A stretch of 64,000 bases of DNA from NCBI RefSeq assembly GCF_036321535.1, contig NC_087436.1, positions 21,206,001 through 21,270,000 of the forward strand, read 5' to 3'. The position numbers and the translations under genes were made by a program. The stretch comes from Camelus dromedarius. Lineage: Eukaryota. Positions 53,747 through 64,000 of the stretch are shown here, in pieces (the first letter of the stretch is position 1; every line of letters begins with the position of its first letter). The notes under the pieces are model-generated. The model was not told where the DNA came from and did no database searches. It saw only the letters and a program-made list of their open reading frames with translations.

Positions 53747-53929
53747 CTAAAACACACATATATTTCTTTCAATAAATGAAAACTATTGTCAACAGGAAAA
53801 CATGGTTGTCTTATTCACATGGGGCTGAAGGGACTTTTATTCCAGGATCTCATTTTAGTCTCAGAGCGCTAAGTGTGAGGATTCTGACAGTGAAACACAC
53901 TTGATGATGTTAAGGTCAATTATACTTAC

Positions 53930-54015
53930 AAAGTGGTTATGGAAGCCTTCAAGTGAACTAGATCTGTCACTTGGAAATGTTCGTGGAATATCATAGCAAT
54001 CTTGAGAACTAGCAT
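53930..54015 (-). CDS. GAB1: GAB1 exon 5
   Basis: tag|AT...TTT|gtaagt. 86 nt encoding (D)[28 protein letters not shown]. Confidence 0.96.
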
Positions 54016-55233
54016 CTAAAACAGAGAATAAACTGTCAACATTTCCTCCCAACTTTACCAGTTCTCAAGGTAATCAGGAATAACATTCTCTCTCTCTGTC
54101 TTTTCATATATGCACACATGCACATACACAGATTTTTAAAAGGATGCTCACAGAATAATATCTCTCATTAACACATTGAAGCACTAGAAAATGCAGACAT
54201 TTCCTCTTATGCTAACCAGTACCAGTATTTGATTATGACAATGAGTAAATAGCTAAGCCTGGGATGAAATGGTTATCTAAAGATGGAGAAAAGAAATACT
54301 TCCGTTTTTTCATCTTTTGCACCCTTGGGTCTAATTTGCATCTCACTAACTTATAACCACTATAACATACATTACAGCCACTTCAAGAAATTAGAAACTG
54401 GTAATGAATAGCTAAATAAGTGTTGATATAAGTCCTATTCACAACACATTAAATCTTTACCTTCTTTAAAACAGCCGGATAACTCGAACACAAAATACAG
54501 AAGTTTTTAGGGTATGTGCATTGTAAACTTTGGCTTTTTAGTTTTAGGACTTTAAGAACCTCAGAGTATAACCCAAACTCAATTTTTCTCCTCTCAAGGT
54601 CTGCAACTTTTGGTTGGCTCTAGGAGATGGTGAAGGCTCTAGGAATAAGTAAAGTGGCTAGGGGTCTGGGAAGAGAAGATTCAGAGCTTTAAATATAAAT
54701 AAAACCAAACAAACAAAAAGCAGAATGACTTGATTGGAGTGGCATATCAGCTGGTAGATGTAACGTAAAAACTGCTAATCTAGAAGGAAGGAAACGGAGC
54801 CCAGCAGATGTGACAGAGAAGTGGTCATAACGGGACACAAATACAGGGAAGGGTATGCCTGGGAGAGGCCTTGTGGCTGGTCTACTTCCTGCTCCTCTGT
54901 CCCATCGGGTCTGCCCACCCAGGAGAGAGAAAGTGAGAGAGGGGGGTGCACACTTCCTGAGGCAGGAAGGTATTCCTAAGGCCACACTTTTTCAGGGATG
55001 AATAAATCCATCCCCTTCTCCCTTCCAGCAGAACACGCACACGGACACACGCTGCATGCACAACCACACTTCTGTGGGACTCTGACATCTTTGCTAAGTG
55101 AATGGGCAACTGCAGAACTGCAGAGAAAAGGGATTATCATTTCACGTCACGCTATGCTTACAAGAACAAATATTTGGACCAACGGCTGCTCGATCGTTAA
55201 CCTCTAACACGGCAGAAGCCAACTGGAGCTGAC

Positions 55234-55835
55234 CTTTTCGCAATTTGTTCAAATCCACAGTGGAAATGGTATTACTACGTGACGGTGGCATCCCTGCCGT
55301 AGGGACACAGTAACTACCGTCAGTGTCCGAGGCTGCGCGTGTGATGCTACACGCTTCCACGGGAGAGCGGTCATGAGCCGGGTGTGGTTTCGGTGGCCGA
55401 GGTGGAGGAATATCTGGAATAGTGTCCAGCTTTGACGTCTGCCCCAAGGTTCCTTCGGGAAATGTTCGTGGGATCTGATAAGTATTACCAGGTGTTGGAG
55501 GAATGTCATAACTTATAGATACGTGCCTCAGCTGGGTCTCTACATTGGAGGTCCCCGAGGGGGTATTAAAAACATAGAGTTCTCCATCGGCTTCGGTACT
55601 TGATGGAGACACCTTTGGTAAAACGTCGTGGGAGTAACTCCTGGGCAGGTAATAAAGGCTGGAGTCGACAGAAACAGATGCAGCGCGAGACGGTGGCGAG
55701 TCATACATCATCTGCTGCTGAAAAAAGCCATTCACTCCGTGTTTGCTCTGGGAGGAAGCAGGGTTTTTATGAGAAGGGACGTTATCATTGCAGTCTGTCT
55801 CAGAAGAGGTGGATTTGGCAGAATCAGTGTGTGTT
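55234..55835 (-). CDS. GAB1: GAB1 exon 4 (YxxP Crk-site cluster, PPPRPPKP)
   Basis: tag|A ACA CAC...AAA G|gtcagc, 602 nt, open frame. Confidence 0.97.
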
Positions 55836-55944
55836 CTAGATAAAAATAGTTAATGACAGAAGATAAAACATGGTGAGGACATAAGCCTGCGTTTGCATAG
55901 ATATATTTGGAGCTTAGCAATCAAAATCCATGGCTTTTTCATTA

Positions 55945-55947
<3 letters not shown>

Positions 55948-55977
<30 letters not shown>
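55948..55977. repeat. (TG)n microsatellite, about 15 units
   Basis: Directly visible. Confidence 0.95.
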
Positions 55978-55978
<1 letters not shown>

Positions 55979-56739
55979 TCCATCTGATTTAAAGCACGGA
56001 TATTCCTTAGTTTTTTATGATTATATGCCAGGTAACAAAACCGCCACCACAAAACCGAAAGCATTCTCACTAATTCCTGTCCTGTACCTGCCCACAGCCC
56101 CAACCCCACCTAGTAAATCCACACATAAAACCACAATCCCTGAAGCACGGGAATTAGAAAGGTACCAAACTCGGAGAAAGGTAAATGATTCAGGCACAGA
56201 CACAAGGAAAGCACTTCCTCTGAAGAGCATGCAAAACCCCAGGCCAACAGTTGGTCCACTGCTCTTTTGCCCACCTGCGCAAATTTACTGTTCTGTAAAA
56301 CAAAAAGTCTAATGATTACTTGGTACTGAATAAATTCAACGTAATCTCCAAGGAGGTGGCAACATGACAGGTTTTGCATACCTTCCTTTCTACTAATTTT
56401 CTTTAACAAATATTTAGCCAGTACTATAAAGAGGATCAAAATCCAAGCCACAGAGTTAGCCAACTCCAAATAAGAATGAACTTCGAGAAATCTCATTAGA
56501 GTAAATTTCACGCTTTGGTACATTTTCAGTCTCTGTATGTTGTGGTATCACAAAATTTGGGAATAATGCAAAACAAAGCTACCAATACCAAAACAAGCAT
56601 CCTTCCTTAATGCTAAACAAGATAGCTTAACTACCTACGTATGTTGTCCAAAGCCCTGGAGGACCTTAAACTCAATATTAAAAAAATAATAACTTGTGAT
56701 AGTTTTTTTAAGGGCATATCTCTCTGATTTCTTGGTAAC

Positions 56740-58275
56740 ATCTGGCACTGTGTAACTGCATTTCTTCCCTGGACCTCTCCCCTTCTAGTACCAGAGAACC
56801 CTCACTGCAATGTCAATGCCCTGATTTTCCTTCTCCCTCACTGACTATGTCCTTGTTTCATTGACTGACTCCTTCTTCCTGTCTGTCCACCTGGAAATGG
56901 CTAACAGAAATCAGTCCTGTGAGTCTTTAAAAAAATCATTTAAAAAAACCCATTAAAAACTCCTTCTTTCTCATAACTTCACCTTCTACTGAAAGCTGAA
57001 AACTCCTATCTTCTCATGAAACTTCGAGTCCCGTATTTTCAAACCGTTCAAATATATTTCTACTTGATTATCCCAGTATTACCTTGCTCCTGTGCACCAA
57101 ATTTAATTTACTTCTCAAACTGATTGCCCTCTCTGACTTGCCATGAAAAGAAATGCCTTTAACGTAGGTTCTCTACACTCTAAACCCAATTCGGCTTTGA
57201 TTCATTCGCTTTGATCTCTACCATCCCTCGGGCACAGAGTCCTTTTTCCTAACCAAGTACCTACTATCCTGCTTTGTTCCCACCATCACCACCCCAAGTT
57301 CGGGTCCATGTCTCTGCTGAGATCTAGACCACTGACCCCTCCTCAGAGAACTTCTTTCCTCTCGTTTCTCCCTCTTCCGATCTATCCTGGGTACCAGCCA
57401 TGTAGCCAGTACTGCTGGAAGATCATTGTTTTCAAAATATGATTTCATATCACTCACGTAGTCAGAGAAAATCCTGTTGAGAGTCCCTCCAGGCTGTGGG
57501 ACCTACAAAAAGCCCACAAACGATGCCACCTGGCACTGAGGCAGTCAAAACCTGGTTCCACCTTCCTATCTTAGGTCCTACCACTCCCCAAGTGGAAACC
57601 TTTTCTCCCGGCAGCCTCTCCTCCCGTCACTCTCGTTCTCACCTCCCCTGCCCCTCAAGCTATTTGGACATAAATTATTAATGACAGTCTCCTTTTCTCT
57701 CACCAACCAGGTGTGGTTCAAATCCTACTCCTCCTGTGAGACCGCTCACCCTCCATTTCAAAACCATTCGCACTATTCTTCCTAGGAACTTCTCACACAT
57801 ATTCTGAAATTTGTATTTGATTTAATTCTAATATGAAGTTAAGAGAAGCTAGAAGTACAATGAGTACTGAGTTCCCCGGCCTTGACATCAGCTTATGGGT
57901 TGGTGGAGAATAAATATAATTATCAAGCTATTTCCAATTCTGTGATAAAGCGGAGATATAGAGGCACAACCAGGGTGCTATGAAAATCCAGAGAGCATTT
58001 AATCCGGCCTGGGAATTTGGGGGAATGTCTTCCAGAGGAGCAGATGTCTGAGCCGAGTCTTGCACAATGAACAAGAGTTTGCAAGGCAACGCTCACATCT
58101 TGCCTTCATCCCTAGATACCTAATGCTTGAATGTTTTGACTTCTTCACAAGCTTTACTTATAAACTCTCAAGAAGACTGCATCGGAGGGGGCTGTATCTT
58201 ACGTAACTAATTTGTACCTTCATAGCACCCACAAAACAGTGGGCACATAGTGGGTACTTCATAAATATTTGCTAC
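56740..58275 (+). mobile_element. Degenerate L2 fragments in intron 3
   Basis: Pyrimidine-rich text ending in the L2 3' signature ggcacatagtgggtacttcataaatatttg. Confidence 0.55.
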
Positions 58276-59393
58276 TTAACTGTCGCTTCCGCAAAACATA
58301 GATACAAAATATATCTGAGCAATGATCCACATCATAATTTCTACTACAGCAGGAAAACTGTGATACCAATGAGATCCACGAAAGACACTATATAAAAAGA
58401 AAACGTACTGAAAACTGTTACTTGGCTGTTGGCTTTTGAAAAATTGATATGGAAAAATAACTGTGGCTCTCCCTAAAATAAAATCTTAGTTAGTAGCATA
58501 GGCAACAAAGTTGCAAGTGTATAATTTTACATACTCACAGCAAACAAGCAAAAATCAAGTTAGAATTTGATATTATTAACTGGTGTTGATTTATAAAAAA
58601 AAAATTTTTTTTTTTTGCTCTTACACGTAAAATCCCATTACAACAAATATATGGAAACTCATCTTTGAAAGGTTTGTTAGCTGTTTCCATTATCTCAGGG
58701 AATGGTTTACAGGAACTAATTTGTGGATCTTAACCAATTCTACTTAAAAATTTTTGAACAAGTGTTTTGTATGACCCAGAGCCTAGTAACAGTCACTTTC
58801 TACATGAAAAAATTTTTTTTTGTTATAAAAATAATGCCTCCATCTAACACCTGTTTTAAAAAAATCTTTCACCTCTCAATGCAATTCACCTCTGCCCTTC
58901 ATACTGCAAATTCAGATAATAAATACACCCATGTCACTAGTTATCACATAGCTGCTAATGGTAAAACAGATCTTCTAGTTAATTTCTGACTCCAACTGTC
59001 ACTATTACTTTAAGCCTTCCAATTATCCAACATCAAATGACAAGAATGATCAGATTAAAATATCTTATAGCTTGAAAGAAGAGAGGGGTATGGAAGCAAA
59101 GACGGCGATGACAGGTAAATCAGGCTCTGGGAAAGGTTTCAGGATAGCCTTGGTAATCACGGAAATCCATATACTCCATTCTACTTAAAAATCTGTCAAG
59201 TCAAGTCTTGTGGTAAGGTCTGCTTCATTGCTAGGTATGAAGATTCAAAAGTTTCGTAGTTTTTAGCAACATATTTGACTTCATCAAATTTCACTGATGC
59301 CCGATTGGTTTATTCCATAGAATTTGCTATACTGGGATTTTACCTGCATGATTAATTTCTCACACAGATCCAAAGCAACCACAACACACTCAC

Positions 59394-59474
59394 TGCAATG
59401 GAATCGTTTTGCTTTCAAAATCTTCTAGCAGTAGATATTCCTCTCCTTCTTCAGAAACAAAAGATGACCCTTGG
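59394..59474 (-). CDS. GAB1: GAB1 81-nt in-frame cassette exon between exons 3 and 4
   Basis: ccag|C CAA GGG...TTG CA|gtgagt. Exactly 27 codons, phase 2 at both ends like the host intron, no stop, encoding (S)QGSSFVSEEGEEYLLLEDFESKTIPL(Q). Confidence 0.85.
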
Positions 59475-59849
59475 CTGGTTTACAATCACATAAGAAATGG
59501 AGCAAGATCACCATTTATAAATCAGTGAAATCTGTTAAGCAAGTAATACTGTGAGTCTGTAACAACGACTATGACACAGGAGACACATTTCTAAAAGAGC
59601 CTTGTAGGTACAAGTGTTCTCTGCCAGAAATTATAGAGAACGTGTTTCTTTAATAAAATCTCCTGAACATCAGACATCATTAGTCGGGGAACATACACCT
59701 GAAATATACGCCTAAAATATAAGCTTCTATAGGTGGTTTCTTTTAAGCCTTCAAATGAGGGTTAAAAAAGTTTAAAGGTGAGCTTCCTAAAGACATGCGC
59801 GCACAGACGCACAGACGCGCGCGCACTTGCGCAGACGGATGCGGTTTAC

Positions 59850-60072
59850 CTGGGGGGTTCAGGCTTCTTGCTTTGACAGTTGATGAGCAAGAGGTAGTCT
59901 TGAGGGTCCTCCTGGATGCCAAGAGTTTCCAGGTGTGGCGGAAGGCTAATTAGCTGATACGGCGGAGGAGGAGCAGCGGAGGAATCCACCTGGGCGGAGG
60001 GCGGTGCTGTGTTTATCGCTAACGGTAAATCAGCTGGTGCTTGTAAGGAGTTGCCAGGAGGCTTCACAGGAT
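59850..60072 (-). CDS. GAB1: GAB1 exon 3; the PH-domain exons 1-2 lie right of the window
   Basis: cag|AT CCT GTG...CCC AG|gtaaac. 223 nt encoding (D)[21 protein letters not shown]...[16 protein letters not shown](R). Confidence 0.96.
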
Positions 60073-61287
60073 CTGCAACATCCAAGCGTGATCATCATTG
60101 TCTACCCCGTTTTAAGAATTGTTTCTTAAACAAAGCTACTTGAAAGGCTGGACATAAATTTGTTTAAACACATGAAAATAGGATAAACTAGGACAACGTC
60201 CGTTAAAATACATTCTCCCTAAATGGCAACCTTGACCCAGAAAATAACTGGTTCTTCTCAAAGAGATCTGAGAATTAGGGCTCTTTCTTCTAGAGGCTCG
60301 AGGAAAGCCATGGTTAACATTGGCCTTGAACATTCTTTCGTTTTAAGGCTACTGGGAATGAAGATGTTAACACAAGCAGCAGATTTTATTCCCCCAAAGT
60401 AAGTGCTAAGCCAAGCCAACCTTCCAAGGAGATACACTTTATTACGTGGTATCTACAGGCCCGTGGTGCTGTGTGTGCCAGGGCCAGCTCTTCACCCCAT
60501 TTATTTTGCTATTGATTCATTTCTTTCTACTTCCCAGCCGACTGGGGAGAAATATGTCTAATTCCAGGATTCACATTCAGGGAAAGAGCTTCTCTTTGAC
60601 ATCACTTCTCCTCTCAGCTCATAGCCTTCTTTGCCATTTATTGGTTTCTGTAGTATCTTCATGCAGAAGGGCTCAACAGGTAAAGAAGTAATTTATTAAG
60701 CACTTAACTATGCTTTGAGAAGACAGGAAAAAATCACGAAATTGTGTAGAATGAAGTAATTTGAAAACAAGTTAAAAAATTAGAAAAAAAAAAAAGACGC
60801 TGTAATTATTGACACAACCAAGGAAATTTTTGAGGGCCCAAAACAAAAATTCTCTGTTAGTCTGGTTAGGAATACGGAGCTATAAATCAATTTTAAAAAA
60901 AAAGGTAAATGCTCATATTTGAATAAACAAATCTGTTTCTTGCCTGTTTATATTAGAATAGAAAAGGCTGGGTTGAAACAGACTTCCACAACAAAACATT
61001 ACCTAAAGATGATAAGAAGTGGTAAGAAAGTTAATATGTTCTACAGAATAGAATCAAAGGCAGGTCACTTGGCCTGTCAATTCCTCAGGGAAGAGCCACA
61101 TGTCAGCTCTGTTTTCCAGATTCTACAGAAAAAGTCCACGTGCTTTTGATGCTGTCTTTTTGTATTCAACTTTAACATCCATACATGCACCACAGCCAAG
61201 TTTATAGAGTTCATTTAAAAACTCTTCTTGCTAGGCAAAGAAGCTCATATCCTAACTGTAAAGCTTGAATAATAACATATTAGTATT

Positions 61288-61374
61288 AGGGGGAGGAGGG
61301 TATAGTGGTAGAGTGTATGCTTAGCATGCACAAGGTCCTGGGTTCAATCCCCAGTACCTCCATTAAAAAAAAAA
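61288..61374 (+). mobile_element. tRNA-derived SINE (Vic-1-like), short form
   Basis: ggggaggagggtatagtggtagagtgtatgcttagcatgcacaaggtcctGGGTTCAATCCccagtacctcc followed by poly(A). TSD ATATTAGTAT at 61277-61286 and 61375-61384. Confidence 0.9.
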
Positions 61375-62111
61375 ATATTAGTATGGCTATCTTTAATTAG
61401 TTTGATTTAATTAATCATTAATTGTGGGTCCCCCAAACAAACAAAGAGAATCAGAACTCCTGGGGTAGATGCTCAAAAATATTTCCTTCACCCAGCTGAA
61501 ACTCACTTAGCACTTTCTCCACGTCAGGTTGGAAGACATGAAAGCCAGGCCCCCCCCGAATCTGCAAGACCCATTTGCATGCACCTGCACTTTGGAATTT
61601 GCTCCTCCAGAAACTTGTGAGACCTACTAGGTGCTAACTGAGTACAGAAATATCTTTCAGTTGGACAATCTGGCCCGAGTACACAGAAGTGGAGCTAATT
61701 TCCAACGTTCTGGCTTTGTTATGCTTCATGCAACATCAAGTCTTCATACAGGCTCACCCAACAAAATCTAACACTTTATGACAGGGATTAATTAGTTAAT
61801 TCTTTCTTATTGACGAAGGGCCAGAACACAAAGTGGTGAGAAAAGAGAAATGAATTTTTGGACATTTATACAACATCATGCCAACATTTCATGGGAACTG
61901 ATAACTACTTCACCATGTCTAAATGACACTGATTACAGTGTATATAGCATACCCTATGAACTGTCTTGCTGTTTTGATTTTGTTACAAATATAAAGAGAT
62001 TTATTTAAGGGGATTTAAAATGCCATGGACAGATCACTGACTTAGAGTAAATCCTCGTGGATTATCAAACTTAAAACTATGAAAAATATTTACCCTTTAA
62101 GGAGCTTAAAA

Positions 62112-62428
62112 AAATGGTACAATACAAATGAACTTGTTTATAAAACAGAAAGAGACTAACAGACACAGAAAACAAACTTACGGTTACCAAAGGGGAAATG
62201 GGGGACATTTGGGATCAGTGGATATACCGTACTACATATAAAATGGATAAACAAGGAGGTCCTACTGTATAGCACAGGGAACTACATTTAATAGTTTACA
62301 ATAACTTGTAATGAAAGAGTATGAGAAAGAATATATAGATGTATAACTGAGTCACTGTGCTGTACACCAGAAACTAACACAACATTGTAAATCAATGATA
62401 CTTCAATAAAAATAAAAAATAAAATAAA
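62112..62428 (+). mobile_element. L1 3'UTR fragment with an A-rich tail
   Basis: aaacttacggttaccaaagggg...ctactgtatagcacagggaacta...acacaacattgtaaatcaa...caataaaaa. Confidence 0.85.
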
Positions 62429-63914
62429 CAGCTTAAGAAGAATATATTCAACACTGGAGAGGAAAAAAAAGCAGAGGGATCAGAAAGCAGCTGCTGGATC
62501 CTACAGGGTGCATTCACAAGTATATTTTATATATTTCTTCTTTCTTCTACATAGAGATAAAGTAAAATGGTATAATCCAGTTCAATTTTTAGTTTTGACC
62601 AAATGAAATGAAAGTGAACACTGGAAATACATTACTACATAAAACAGTATGAATTCTACTTTTCCACTGTAACTCCTAAAATAACTTTTCCAGGTGGTTG
62701 TTTTTACAGATAACACTTTTCCTTTAGTATTTTTTCTAAACTAGATGGCTATACACTACATGAACTGAGTGATTCATCGTAAGTGGGAAAAAAGTCACCC
62801 CATCAAGCAATCACTTTTGTCTATTTTATTAACACAATGGGATCGTCTCATTTTTAACCTTCCCTTTCTCCTGCCTGTGAATGACAAAACTGTTTTTACT
62901 GTATAGCTTCAAGATCCTCTCAACTTCCTGGGGGGGGGGGGGGAGGGGGAAGAAAAGAAAAATGAAAAGAAAAATAATAAAAAGAACCAGGATTCAAAAG
63001 TCCTTTTTTTTTTTAAATCTTGTTTACAATATGGGAAGACTTCTGTATATTTCTAAAAGGCAAGAATCAGACAGAAACTTTCATTTTATTCACTAGCAAG
63101 CTCATGGAAGAAAAGACTTTAAATAGCCATGAACAGCAAACCATTTTGAACAACATGGCTACAGGGGACTTAAAGGGGAAGGGGACACTGCTTTACCACT
63201 TTGGGCTCAGATAACGTACCATCTTCAAAGTTTTAGTGATTTTACTCATGTTAATTCGACTAGAGACTCAACTCTGCGTATCTTGTCAGCATGCATGGTA
63301 TCTAACTATTCTCTAACATAAAGGTTCCAGCCAAAGTTAACCAACTGGTCTGAAAAAAGAAACTTCTGTTCCACCTTATAAAGACATGTGACTACCCCAT
63401 GAGTAGTTGGGCAGACTGTTTACTACCTTCTGCCTCACTTGGGTTTCCAACTTACTGCTCTTTCTAAGTAATGCTGGTATCATGTTTCTGAGAACCGAAC
63501 ATCAGCTTAGGGTTTGCTTATGTGTGTACAATTATTTCCTGTCTCTTAATTCAGAAGGCATGAAGAGTAACAGTTAGCACCCACCAGAGGTCTAATAGGC
63601 GGCAATATCAAGCTCTTAAACTGAACTTTACTTGGAAAGCAAGTAAGTACTGCTAAGGAAAGCCTTCACGAGTTTTCCGTGAAGAGGACTAGATGGTTCT
63701 GTGAGGAGACCCAACAATAATAAATTGGTTCACATGATCCTGACCTTCCTTAATGCACAGTTTTATTCTATCTGAAACCAAAAGGCCCTGGTGTTAAGTG
63801 TCCCTCACAGAAGTTGGGGGTGACCAGATAATGCCTCTAAATATTCAAAACACTATGTATTTTTTTAACCAGATGGCACAAAAGCTTAAGCCTAGGGAAG
63901 CAATCCTACTCCCT

Positions 63915-64000
63915 CTTTTTATTTTTTGGAGGAGAGGTAATTAGGTTTATTTATTTATTTGATGGAGATACTGGGGATTGAACCTGGGACCCTGTACATG
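63915..64000 (-). mobile_element. tRNA-derived SINE (Vic-1-like), long-tail form, cut by the window edge
   Basis: ggtaattaggtttatttattt...atggagatactggggattgaacctgggacc. Confidence 0.85.

Noticed and set aside
61288..61360. tRNA gene-like sequence
   Set aside because: Poly(A) tail, TSD, no full cloverleaf and several diverged copies show it is a SINE.

Overview
Mammalian genomic DNA, probably from a camelid, judging by six copies of a Vic-1-like tRNA-derived SINE. It covers the GAB1-SMARCA5 locus, with both genes on the minus strand. The right half (about 30.4-64 kb) holds GAB1 coding exons 3-11, all with GT-AG boundaries and consistent phases, plus a 3'UTR of about 5 kb. The left end holds the SMARCA5 CpG-island promoter, coding exon 1 and part of intron 1. 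The roughly 26 kb between them is mostly transposon-derived (L1, L2, MIR, LTRs). It includes a young, nearly intact 5'-truncated L1 nested in an older L1, and an RPS21 retrocopy with an open reading frame. The best items missed by the ORF track are an in-frame 81-nt cassette exon in GAB1 intron 3, whose peptide echoes the YLLL motif of exon 3, and a candidate 35-nt frameshifting exon in intron 9. I see no evidence of a wholly new biological system. Repeat family names and human protein comparisons come from memory, and repeat boundaries without target-site duplications (TSDs) are approximate.
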